A stretch of 64,000 nt of DNA from an uncultured Clostridia bacterium. GTDB taxonomy: Bacteria > Bacillota > Clostridia > Christensenellales > UBA1242. The DNA lies in assembly GCA_934747805.1 (NCBI GenBank), contig CAKVHC010000002.1, positions 80,694 to 144,693 of the forward strand. The letters are read 5' to 3'. Both the position numbers and the translations under genes were made by a program. Within the stretch, counting starts at the first letter, position 1, and each line of letters begins with the position of its first letter. The notes beneath the pieces were generated by a model. The model did no database searches, had not been told where the DNA came from, and saw only the letters and a program-made list of their open reading frames with translations. Below are positions 27,682-36,243 of the stretch, piece after piece.

Positions 27682-28353
27682 ATGAGTAATTATGTTTTGA
27701 ATGAAGATTGGCAAAAAGTTTTGACGCCAGCTTTTACGCAGGAATTTAAACACAAACTGTTTGGCTTTGTAAACGAGCAGTATGCTTCGCACCGCTGTTT
27801 TCCTGCCAAAGAAAACGTCTTCCATGCACTCAATTTGACTCCAGTGGACAAAGTGAAGGTTGTCATAATCGGACAAGATCCATATCACACACCTTTGCAA
27901 GCGGACGGCTTGGCTTTCTCGTGTGCAGATGGCAAGGCTCAACCATCTTTGCAAAACATTTTTAAAGAACTATCCAACGACTTAGGTATTCCGGCACCCA
28001 CCAAAACCACACTTTACGGTTGGGCAGAGCAAGGCGTTCTGCTGTTAAACAGCGTTCTCACTGTGCAAATGGGTATGGCAGGTTCTCACGCAGGACACGG
28101 CTGGGAGGAAGTAACCAAAACCATTATTAAATATTTAGCAAGCCTTGAGCGTCCAATAGTTTTCATACTTTGGGGCGGATATGCTCGAAAGTACGCTAGC
28201 TTGATTGACAAAAATAAGCATCTGGTGATCGAATCGGCACACCCAAGTCCACTTTCTGCATACAACGGCTTCTTTGGTAGCAAACCATTCAGCCGTTGCA
28301 ACGATTATCTGGTGAAATATGGTTTGTCACCAATAAAATGGGAGAATAATTAG
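27682..28353 (+). CDS. ung: Uracil-DNA glycosylase (family 1)
   Basis: GQDPYHTPLQADGLAFS, LLLNSVLTV, ESAHPSPLSA. Start set at MSNYVLNEDW. The track's upstream extension overlaps trxB and the promoter. Confidence 0.93.
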   Translation: MSNYVLNEDWQKVLTPAFTQEFKHKLFGFVNEQYASHRCFPAKENVFHALNLTPVDKVKVVIIGQDPYHTPLQADGLAFSCADGKAQPSLQNIFKELSNDLGIPAPTKTTLYGWAEQGVLLLNSVLTVQMGMAGSHAGHGWEEVTKTIIKYLASLERPIVFILWGGYARKYASLIDKNKHLVIESAHPSPLSAYNGFFGSKPFSRCNDYLVKYGLSPIKWENN

Positions 28354-28361
28354 GAGAAAAT

Positions 28362-28895
28362 ATGTTCACAAAATACATTTTACCTGCGCTTATTATTGTT
28401 GGAGCCATAACCATTAGCACGATATTTATCGTAACCAGCAAGCGTAATGCCAAGCGCTCCGACCACACATTCAGTTCGTCTGACGGCTATATTGCAAAAC
28501 CAAGATTTATCAAATCGCAATACATTGAAATGTACCGAGCAATCAAGTCCGTTTTGCCGGAAAACATTGTTATTCAAACCAAAGTCACACTTGACACTTT
28601 CATTATGTATAACGGCTACGAAATCGACAAGAAAAAGTTGCTAACCAAATATGTAGATATGGTGATATTTGCTGAGAGTGACTTTATGCCGATTTTAGCA
28701 TTAGATTTGTACAATTATGACACTACGCTAGAGTCAATGCAAGTGCTGAGAAAAGATATTGTAGGGCTGCTCAATTCGTGCGGGATTCCTTGCATATCTT
28801 TGCCAGTCGAAATGGCAAAAGACCCAGCCAATTTGCAAAAGACATTGCTTGGTGCAATGAAAGAATCTGACCTAAACAAAATAGGAGTGAATTAA
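28362..28895 (+). CDS. N-terminally membrane-anchored DUF2726-like (restriction-endonuclease-fold) protein
   Basis: TM ILPALIIVGAITISTIFIV, then YIEMYRAIKSVLPENIVIQTKVTLDTF...KYVDMVIFAESDFMPILALDL, which matches the DUF2726 pattern as I recall it (E..FY..L.....V..QV.L...//VDFVI.D....P.LAIEL). Confidence 0.5.
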   Translation: MFTKYILPALIIVGAITISTIFIVTSKRNAKRSDHTFSSSDGYIAKPRFIKSQYIEMYRAIKSVLPENIVIQTKVTLDTFIMYNGYEIDKKKLLTKYVDMVIFAESDFMPILALDLYNYDTTLESMQVLRKDIVGLLNSCGIPCISLPVEMAKDPANLQKTLLGAMKESDLNKIGVN

Positions 28896-29971
28896 TGACA
28901 AACAAAACCAAATGCGTAATAGTTGCAGGTTACACAAAACAAGACAACATAGAATACAACTTGCAAGAGATAACAGAGCTTGCTTTGTCTTGCGGCCTTG
29001 ACGTTGTAGGCAAAATTTATCAAATTATAACCACTCCAGATATCCGCACATTCATTGGCAAAGGAAAAGTAGAAGAACTGGCAAACCTAGTCGGCCAAAC
29101 AGACGCCGAATTGGTGATTGTGGACAACCAACTCACAGGCAGCCAACTCAATAATATTGAAGACGTCGTCAATGTACGAACTATTGACCGAAATATGCTA
29201 ATACTAGACATTTTTGCTGGTCGAGCTCAGTCACAAGAAGGCAAACTACAGGTTAAGCTTGCACAATTAAAATACAGTTTGCCAAGACTAGCCTCAATCA
29301 GCGGCAGTCAAGGTCGATTTGGCTCAGCTGGTGTTGGCTCACGCGGGCCAGGCGAAAGTAAACTAGAACTGGATCGCAGAAGAGTGAAATATGAGATATC
29401 TGCTGTGGAGAAGGACTTAAACGATATCGCCAAAGCTCGTCAAGTGCAATCTTACAAACGAAAGACAACAATGAAAAATGTTGCAATTGTAGGCTACACC
29501 AACGCAGGCAAAAGCACGCTTATCAATAATATTACAAAGGCCAACACATATGCTGATGACCGTTTGTTTGCCACGCTTGATGTGTTGTCCAAGAAGGTCT
29601 GGGATGATGGGATTGAATATATCCTCACAGACACAGTCGGTTTTGTTAGCCGCCTGCCACACGAACTGACGAAAGCTTTTAGTGCCACGCTGGGCGAGGC
29701 AAAAGATGCGGACATCATTCTTCTGGTGTTCGACTTGACCGATGATTTGTGGTACAACAAGTTGCAGGTTGTAGAGAATGTCTTGAATGATCTTGGGGTG
29801 GACAAAAATCGTATCATTTATGTGGGAAATAAAATTGACAGTGCACCTAGTGAATATTTGATAGGTGCAAGAGAAATCTTGAAAGAAAATTTAATAATGA
29901 TTTCCGCACGTAAAAACTCTAATATTGACGAATTGAAAAATGCAATAAAAATTCGTTTGCAAAACACTTAA
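28895..29971 (+). CDS. hflX: GTPase HflX
   Basis: LILDIFAGRAQSQEGKLQVKLAQLKYSLPRL, G1 VGYTNAGKSTL, DTVGF. Its ATG overlaps the upstream stop (TAATG). Confidence 0.93.
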   Translation: MTNKTKCVIVAGYTKQDNIEYNLQEITELALSCGLDVVGKIYQIITTPDIRTFIGKGKVEELANLVGQTDAELVIVDNQLTGSQLNNIEDVVNVRTIDRNMLILDIFAGRAQSQEGKLQVKLAQLKYSLPRLASISGSQGRFGSAGVGSRGPGESKLELDRRRVKYEISAVEKDLNDIAKARQVQSYKRKTTMKNVAIVGYTNAGKSTLINNITKANTYADDRLFATLDVLSKKVWDDGIEYILTDTVGFVSRLPHELTKAFSATLGEAKDADIILLVFDLTDDLWYNKLQVVENVLNDLGVDKNRIIYVGNKIDSAPSEYLIGAREILKENLIMISARKNSNIDELKNAIKIRLQNT

Positions 29972-29996
29972 CATAATTTTCATAGAAAGATATAAT
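29968..29996 (+). promoter_or_regulatory. Promoter upstream of mcsA-mcsB-clpC giving a 5' UTR of about 150 nt
   Basis: TTAACA (29968-29973, overlapping the hflX stop), 17 nt, TATAAT (29991-29996), 5 nt, then ATG GAA ATA CTA TAT TAA (30002-30019). Confidence 0.5.
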
Positions 29997-30154
29997 CAAA
30001 TATGGAAATACTATATTAACAGTAGTTTTGCCTGCAAACGACGATGTCATTCACAAACAAAACTGACTTTATTTAATCCGTGAGTTTACGTAAGTAAATA
30101 GAAATTTTGACTTGTTTAAAGTTTACATTAAATAAAATTTATTGAGAGGGAACT

Positions 30155-30628
30155 ATGAAATGCGACAATTGTGAAAATTCTGCAACATACACAAGCATAC
30201 TGGTGGAAAACGGCAAAAAAACCGAAGTTCACCTTTGCACCGATTGTGCAATCAAGGCTGGCGTTTTGAAAAAAATTGGGGGTTTTCCGTTTGCCAACTT
30301 TTTCGAAGCATTGGAACCGAAACTAAAATCAGTAGACAAACAGCTGTCGTGTTCTCGCTGTCACACCACTGCCACCGAGTTTTTGAACACAGGCAGAGTG
30401 GGGTGCAGCCAGTGTTATAACGACCTGCGTGAAGTCATAGCACCGATGGTCAAAAGATTTAATTCTGATTGCGGACACAAGCCAAATGCACACACTATGA
30501 CGGACAAGCAAAAGCAACTTTTCTCACTCAAAAATCAACTCAAAACTGCTATTGCAGAAGAGCGATATGAAGACGCCGGCGAAATAAATAAGCAAATAAA
30601 GATTTTGGAGGCAGAGAATGAACAATAA
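30155..30628 (+). CDS. mcsA: McsA (zinc-finger/UVR-domain activator of protein arginine kinase)
   Basis: CDNC...CTDC, CSRC...CSQC zinc-finger pairs and a UVR-like KNQLKTAIAEERYEDAGEINKQIKILE. Confidence 0.85.
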   Translation: MKCDNCENSATYTSILVENGKKTEVHLCTDCAIKAGVLKKIGGFPFANFFEALEPKLKSVDKQLSCSRCHTTATEFLNTGRVGCSQCYNDLREVIAPMVKRFNSDCGHKPNAHTMTDKQKQLFSLKNQLKTAIAEERYEDAGEINKQIKILEAENEQ

Positions 30629-31580
30629 CGGAATTTTTATTTCCACCAAAATCCAAGTTTTACGCAACCTAAAAGATTACAAGTTTGTTAGCAAAATAGG
30701 TTTGGATGAAGCCAAACAAGTGGTCGAAAAAGTGACATCACTAATTACTTCTGGGTTTAAATTTAGACCGACCAATCAAATTAATGAAAGAGAATTAAAT
30801 TATCTCTTGAAAAAACAGCTTATCACCAAACCGCTCATCTCACATAATGAGTTTAGTGCGGTTGGCGTTAGCAAAGACGGCAATATGAGCATTATGCTCA
30901 ACGAACAAGACCACATTGTTACGACGGCTGTTGCATACGGGCTGGACACATCAAGTTTGTATGAACATATGAAACCAACTCTTGACCAGATTGAAAACGG
31001 TTTGTCGCTCGCATACGATGACGAATATGGATATCTGTGTTCTTCGTTGACAGACATCGGGTCAGCACTACATGTTTCTGTAACCATGTGCCTTAGCGGG
31101 CTAGTACAACTTGGTGAATTGGACAAAATTGTATCACGTCTAACACAAGTCGGATTTTCAGTGCGTGCTATAAATCTGCCAAATGCTCATCTTTTTGAGC
31201 TGGAAAATTCGACCTGTCTTGGCCAAAACGAACAGGACATACTCAATAGCATTCAAGCTGTGGTTATGAAATTGCAAGAATACGAGATGAACGCTCGACG
31301 AATCATTTATGATGACCAACCTGTTGCGCTAACAGATTTGGTTCGCCGTGCTTACGGAGTTGTGAAGAATTGTTATCGCATTTCGTATCGTGAATTAAAC
31401 GAACTCGCCACACAACTTCGACTGGGTGCAAGTTTAGGGCTAGTAGAAATCGATGTGGCTGCACTCGACCACTCAATCGTAGAAAATAGTGTGGAAGCAC
31501 TATATTTCAAGGGTGACAATGTGCAAGATTATGAAATCACCCTTGCAAAAAACATTCAAAACGCATTAAAGGAGAACTAA
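30618..31580 (+). CDS. mcsB: Protein arginine kinase McsB (ATP:guanido phosphotransferase family)
   Basis: ISTKIQVLRNLKDYKF, MLNEQDHIV (NEEDH motif), SSLTDIGSALHVSVTMCLSGL; 320 aa, shorter than the roughly 360 aa I recall for B. subtilis. Confidence 0.85.
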   Translation: MNNNGIFISTKIQVLRNLKDYKFVSKIGLDEAKQVVEKVTSLITSGFKFRPTNQINERELNYLLKKQLITKPLISHNEFSAVGVSKDGNMSIMLNEQDHIVTTAVAYGLDTSSLYEHMKPTLDQIENGLSLAYDDEYGYLCSSLTDIGSALHVSVTMCLSGLVQLGELDKIVSRLTQVGFSVRAINLPNAHLFELENSTCLGQNEQDILNSIQAVVMKLQEYEMNARRIIYDDQPVALTDLVRRAYGVVKNCYRISYRELNELATQLRLGASLGLVEIDVAALDHSIVENSVEALYFKGDNVQDYEITLAKNIQNALKEN

Positions 31581-34054
31581 TGTACAATCTTACAGATTTG
31601 GCGCAAGTCGCAATAAAGAATGCCACTATAGTTGCCAGTAAGCAAGGCTACATAGTCGGAACAGAGCATATTTTGTATGGACTGGCGAGTGTTGGTGAGA
31701 GTAAGGCAAGCAAACTGCTTTCAAGTTTTGGTGTAAAGGAAGAAGAATTGTATGATATTCTTATGTCAAACCAAGAAAGTATGCAAATTTCCAATTCTCT
31801 TGAATACACTCCACGCACCAAAAAACTTTTTGCAATCGCAGACATGATTGCTAAGAAAATGCGTCAGTCATTTATCAGCACAGAGCATATGCTTTTGGCG
31901 CTTTTGTCACAGAATGATAGCGTAGCAATTAAAATTTTGGCAGGCATCTACAAGCTAAACGTGTTTGAAATGCGTAACAAACTCGTCCGCATTCTTGCCA
32001 ACAGTCCAACAGCTGAAGCTAGACAGACGAATGATGTTAACTATGGCGGCTTTGAACAGGTCGGCAATGTAAAGAATCGTCAATTTGACCCTACACCTGA
32101 GCCTGTAGCCGAAAGCAATCTGCCGAAAGAACTTTTAGATATGGGAAGTGACGTTACTTTGCGTGCAAGACTTGGCAAAATCGATCCGATTATTGGACGT
32201 GAAAATGAAATCGAACGTGTAATAGAGATCTTGTGCCGCAAGACTAAGAACAACCCTGTGCTTATAGGCGAGGCTGGTGTAGGCAAGTCGGCAATAGTTG
32301 AGGGCTTGGCATTGAAAATCGTCAAAAATGACGTGCCACAAATTTTGCGTGGCAAAACTATATACTCGCTTGACATTGGTGGACTAATGGCTGGCACGAA
32401 ATATCGTGGCACAATGGAAGAAAAACTTAAAAACGCCATAGAAACAATCATTAGTGACAAAAATATTATTGTTTTCATAGATGAAATCCACACTCTTGCA
32501 ATGGCAGGCAGTGACAAAGGCGACGTCAACCCAGCTGATATGCTCAAACCATATCTTGCACGTGGTGAAATGCAAACAATCGGTGCGACCACCACTGACG
32601 AGTATCGCAAATATATTGAAAAGGACAAGGCACTCGAACGCCGATTCCAACCAATTATGGTAAATCCGCCATCGGTTGAAGACACAATCGCCATTCTAAA
32701 GGGCTTACGTGATAGTTACGAAGCATTCCACAATGTGAAAATAAGCGACGAAGCAATTATTTCCGCAGTCAAACTCTCAGATAAATATATTCTCGATAGA
32801 AGCCTGCCTGACAAGGCGATTGACCTTATTGACGAGGCTTCTAGCCGTGCCAAAGTGATGAACAATTATGACAGCAAGGACACAGTTGAGATTGAGAAGC
32901 GTCTGCAAACACTGGAAGCCAATAAGCAAGACGCCATAGTGCAGGAAGATTTTGAAAAGGCAACACGTCTTCGTGATGAAATTAACAAGGCAAAACAAGA
33001 TTTAACGGATTTGCGTAACCAAAACAAACCGAACGAGCGTAACGAAATCGTGATCGATGAAAACGCAATTGCTGAAGTGGTTAGCAAGTGGACACAGATT
33101 CCGCTCACCAAACTTACCGAAACAGAGAGTGAGCGACTTTTGAATTTGGAAAGCAAATTGTCCTCACGTGTGATAGGTCAGGACGAAGCAATTACTCAGA
33201 TTGCACGTGCCATTCGTCGTAGCCGTATGGGCATACGTGACGATCGCAGACCAATTGGCAGTTTCTTGTTCTTGGGCAGCACGGGCGTGGGCAAAACTGA
33301 ACTATGCAAAGCACTTGCCGATGCACTCTATGATAATGAAAGCCAAATGATTCGCTTAGACATGAGCGAGTTTATGGAGCCGCATTCTGTTTCCAAACTT
33401 ATCGGAGCTCCACCAGGATATGTTGGCTTTGATGATGGCGGCCAACTCACTGAACAGGTTCGCCGCAAACCTTACAGCATTGTGCTCTTTGACGAAATCG
33501 AAAAGGCTCATCCAGATGTGCTTAATATTCTGCTCCAAATTTTAGATGACGGCAGACTAACAGACACACAAGGCCGAACTGTAAGTTTCCAAAATTGCGT
33601 TATAATTCTGACCAGCAATATTGGCAGTGATAAACTTGCAAGCAAGCGTATTGATTTTGGATTCAATCAGAATAGCGAAACCAGTCGCAACGAAGCAATT
33701 ATGGACGAACTGAAACGAAGATTCAGACCAGAATTTATCAACCGACTAGATAATATTATCATCTTCAACAGACTCACAAAAGAGAATATGGTGCAAATTA
33801 CCAAGAATATGCTTATCAAGGTGTCTAAGTCACTCAAGGAGCGTGGCATCAGCTTGCGTCTAACTGACAAAGCAGTCGATTATCTCGTCGACAAAGGTAG
33901 CAATGAAGAATATGGCGCTCGTCCGATGCGACGACTCATCACCACCGAAATCGAAGACGAGCTCGCAGATATGATGCTTCGTGGTGACTTATTGGGTAAA
34001 ACAGAAGTGCTGATTGATTGCGTCAATAAAAAATTAGTTTTTAACACAAAATAA
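31580..34054 (+). CDS. clpC: ATP-dependent Clp protease ATP-binding subunit ClpC
   Basis: Two Clp_N repeats, Walker [10 protein letters not shown] and [12 protein letters not shown] insert [13 protein letters not shown], sensor motifs; 824 aa. Confidence 0.95.
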   Translation: MYNLTDLAQVAIKNATIVASKQGYIVGTEHILYGLASVGESKASKLLSSFGVKEEELYDILMSNQESMQISNSLEYTPRTKKLFAIADMIAKKMRQSFISTEHMLLALLSQNDSVAIKILAGIYKLNVFEMRNKLVRILANSPTAEARQTNDVNYGGFEQVGNVKNRQFDPTPEPVAESNLPKELLDMGSDVTLRARLGKIDPIIGRENEIERVIEILCRKTKNNPVLIGEAGVGKSAIVEGLALKIVKNDVPQILRGKTIYSLDIGGLMAGTKYRGTMEEKLKNAIETIISDKNIIVFIDEIHTLAMAGSDKGDVNPADMLKPYLARGEMQTIGATTTDEYRKYIEKDKALERRFQPIMVNPPSVEDTIAILKGLRDSYEAFHNVKISDEAIISAVKLSDKYILDRSLPDKAIDLIDEASSRAKVMNNYDSKDTVEIEKRLQTLEANKQDAIVQEDFEKATRLRDEINKAKQDLTDLRNQNKPNERNEIVIDENAIAEVVSKWTQIPLTKLTETESERLLNLESKLSSRVIGQDEAITQIARAIRRSRMGIRDDRRPIGSFLFLGSTGVGKTELCKALADALYDNESQMIRLDMSEFMEPHSVSKLIGAPPGYVGFDDGGQLTEQVRRKPYSIVLFDEIEKAHPDVLNILLQILDDGRLTDTQGRTVSFQNCVIILTSNIGSDKLASKRIDFGFNQNSETSRNEAIMDELKRRFRPEFINRLDNIIIFNRLTKENMVQITKNMLIKVSKSLKERGISLRLTDKAVDYLVDKGSNEEYGARPMRRLITTEIEDELADMMLRGDLLGKTEVLIDCVNKKLVFNTK

Positions 34055-34056
34055 AA

Positions 34057-34085
34057 TTGACAATATAAAGAAAATATAGTAATAT
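34057..34085 (+). promoter_or_regulatory. Promoter of the 34112 gene
   Basis: TTGACA (34057-34062), 17 nt, TAATAT (34080-34085). SD AAAGGAG follows. Confidence 0.6.
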
Positions 34086-34111
34086 AAAATTACAGATTAA
34101 AGGAGAACAGT

Positions 34112-34420
34112 ATGAACAGTCCAGAAAGATTAATTGAAAAATTCGCAAAACGTGAGTGCCAAGATATCAACGTTACGTACAAAGTAGTTAGCGGTAAACC
34201 CGAAGATAGCATCGTAGCCACAGTATCATGCATTTATCATGGTAAAAATATTACAGCTAAAGGTGAAGGCAAGAACAACTATGTCGCAGCTGCAGCTGCA
34301 TTCAAAGTGCTTGAAGGTCAAGTAAAACTAGTTAAAGGCAAAGACAGCCCAAAAGGCAAACGCAAACCAATTGCAAAAGCCGCTGACGTTCAAGTTGTTG
34401 ATGATGAAATAAGTCGTTAG
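34112..34420 (+). CDS. Small protein with a dsRBD-like pattern and a basic tail
   Basis: 102 aa. PERLIEKFAKRE...VTYKVVSG...AKGEGKNNYVAAAAAFKVLEG follows the alpha-beta3-alpha dsRBD signature (G.G.sKK.A...AA..aL) loosely. Tail KGKDSPKGKRKPIAK. Confidence 0.35.
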   Translation: MNSPERLIEKFAKRECQDINVTYKVVSGKPEDSIVATVSCIYHGKNITAKGEGKNNYVAAAAAFKVLEGQVKLVKGKDSPKGKRKPIAKAADVQVVDDEISR

Positions 34421-34421
34421 T

Positions 34422-34450
34422 AAAAAAGAACTCATTTGAGTTCTTTTTTT
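34422..34450. terminator. Bidirectional intrinsic terminator between convergent genes
   Basis: A-run, gaactc-attt-gagttc, T-run. The last codons of the minus-strand ORF (KKELK*) lie within it. Confidence 0.8.
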
Positions 34451-35034
34451 ATGCTTCCATTTGCAATATTCAATTCAAGGCTAGTGCCTAGTTCAGTCTT
34501 GTTTGTGGTGGCAATCATACACATATTACAATCCTTCACCAAATCTTTTACAATTTTTTGTGCCTTTTCGTTTGGAAAATAGTCAATGAGTAGTAGGCAA
34601 ACTTTTCGCACGCATAAACGCAGTAAAGATACGATGTATTTTTCTTCATCATTTAGACTGCTCGCCATTCTGTCCACCAAATAGTCCATATCGTATTTGT
34701 TTAAAACGGACAATGCAATATTCTCACTTTCGATTGCTGTCAAGTGACGAATTAAGTTCGGATAGCACAAGTTGTACAGCACGCTTTTGTTTTCAAATAG
34801 TGTTGGCACTTTTGGAGCATAGCCAATGTCGTGGCGGTCAATATCCGTCCTAATCTTACCAGAGTAAAATTTGTCTATGCCAGCCACAGCACGCAAAACA
34901 AACGAATTGCCAGACATTTCGTCGCCAATCAACTGGAGTTTGTCACCATCATTTAACTCCACGCAAAAATTGTACAGCGAGTAAAACTGTTTCACGTATT
35001 TAATGGACAAATGTTCAATCTTTAACACGACCAC
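34432..35034 (-). CDS. ABC-transporter ATPase homolog with all catalytic motifs degenerate
   Basis: 200 aa, colinear with an ABC NBD. LKIEHLSIKY; Walker A position GDEMSGNS (no GK[ST]); signature position LNDEEK (not LSGGQ); Walker B LLLIDYF (Glu replaced); H-loop position ATTNK. GTG start, no clear SD. Confidence 0.55.
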   Translation of the reverse strand: MVVLKIEHLSIKYVKQFYSLYNFCVELNDGDKLQLIGDEMSGNSFVLRAVAGIDKFYSGKIRTDIDRHDIGYAPKVPTLFENKSVLYNLCYPNLIRHLTAIESENIALSVLNKYDMDYLVDRMASSLNDEEKYIVSLLRLCVRKVCLLLIDYFPNEKAQKIVKDLVKDCNMCMIATTNKTELGTSLELNIANGSIKKELK

Positions 35035-35064
35035 ATTTTAGCATAAATTATTCTACAGTGCAAA

Positions 35065-35349
35065 TCATTTTTTGTTCAATGTGTCCATGATATTATGTAA
35101 CATATTTTTTTGCTCGTCATTTAAGTAGGGCATAAGTGTATCAGTCATCTTTTGCATATTCTGTTCATCCCATTTACCTTGACTTTTCATTGTTTGCGTC
35201 TGACGTAAAAGTTCGGTCATCAACTCTTGCTGGCTCAAGTCCTTGTATTTGTTGATAGTTTGCTCATAGTCCTGAGTTGTCTGATCAGTGTTTTGTTTTG
35301 GTTCGTTCTTTGGTGGGGTGTAATTGTTTGAAAAAGTTTTAAAATCCAT
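35065..35349 (-). CDS. Small Gln/Asn/Lys-rich hypothetical protein
   Basis: 94 aa; SD GAAGGTG; no family recognised. Confidence 0.5.
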   Translation of the reverse strand: MDFKTFSNNYTPPKNEPKQNTDQTTQDYEQTINKYKDLSQQELMTELLRQTQTMKSQGKWDEQNMQKMTDTLMPYLNDEQKNMLHNIMDTLNKK

Positions 35350-35409
35350 AAATCACCTTCACTAATAAATGTATGCTTGCATATAAATAAGTGTGTAAAG
35401 GGGTGAATT

Positions 35410-35913
35410 ATGGATATTGCGACACTTTTGCCGTTGATAAATATGCTCAATCAAGCCAACAACAGTCAACCAGCCAGCGTCAAACCATCCGAGCAGCCAC
35501 CAGTGATGTCGCAAGCCGACAAGGAGTTTATCAAGCAAAACACATCAATGTTTCCGGCCTCATTTGTTCCACCTAAAGACTTCCCACAAGCTCAATCGGC
35601 ACAGACGTCTGCAAACCCCAACAATGCAACCGAATTTTCTCAACCAGTGAATGCACAGCCTTCGCCGCCGAAACAGTCTGCACCGAATATGGATTTAAAT
35701 GCATTACTGCCACTTTTAAACAACATGGCTGGCAACGGCGTGAACACCGAACAAATCACCAAACTTATGTCTGGATTTAATGGCTCAGGTGATATTGGCG
35801 GACTTATAAATCTTGTTTCATCGCTCAGTCAAAACAAACTAAAAAACAATAAGTCTAAGCAAACGAAACAGATAATCAACAATCGCAACCAAAACATTAT
35901 ATTTACAGATTAA
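35410..35913 (+). CDS. Gln/Pro/Asn-rich hypothetical protein with an internally repeated MD[IL]xxLLPL[IL]N motif
   Basis: 167 aa; SD AAAGGGGTG. MDIATLLPLINML at aa 1 and MDLNALLPLLNNM at about aa 104. Confidence 0.5.
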   Translation: MDIATLLPLINMLNQANNSQPASVKPSEQPPVMSQADKEFIKQNTSMFPASFVPPKDFPQAQSAQTSANPNNATEFSQPVNAQPSPPKQSAPNMDLNALLPLLNNMAGNGVNTEQITKLMSGFNGSGDIGGLINLVSSLSQNKLKNNKSKQTKQIINNRNQNIIFTD

Positions 35914-35939
35914 AAAAAGAACAATTTAGTTCTTTTTTT
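35912..35939. terminator. Bidirectional intrinsic terminator
   Basis: A7, agaac-aattta-gttct, T7. Confidence 0.8.
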
Positions 35940-35942
35940 GTG

Positions 35943-36233
35943 TTACAAAACATGCTTTAAATTTTTCTTGTCGCTCAACTTGTAGAAAATAATTTTTTTG
36001 CCAATTGTACACACGACGTCTGCTCCAAGTTTAGTTGCGATGGCACATAGCTCGTCTTCGTTAGGCATTTGCACCGACTGTAAAAGACTTACTTTTACGA
36101 GTTCGTGATTGTAAAGTGCCTCGCTTATTGCACCAATAGTATTCTCTCCGAATCCGTCTTTGCCTACATTTACAACAGGCTTCAATGTGCTAGCCATACT
36201 ACGAAGCTTGATTCTATCTTTTTTATTTAACAT
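35943..36233 (-). CDS. yhbY: YhbY-like CRM-domain RNA-binding protein
   Basis: LNKKDRIKLRSMASTLKPVVNVGKDGFGENTIGAISEALYNHELVKV; 96 aa. Confidence 0.85.
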   Translation of the reverse strand: MLNKKDRIKLRSMASTLKPVVNVGKDGFGENTIGAISEALYNHELVKVSLLQSVQMPNEDELCAIATKLGADVVCTIGKKIIFYKLSDKKNLKHVL

Positions 36234-36243
36234 AAATCACTCC

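Noticed and set aside
30100-30130. Possible CtsR operator upstream of mcsA (tttgact..., i.e. AGTCAAA on the other strand).
   Set aside because: Only one heptad matches the (A/G)GTCAAA consensus. The required second direct repeat 3 nt away is absent, and no ctsR gene is present locally.
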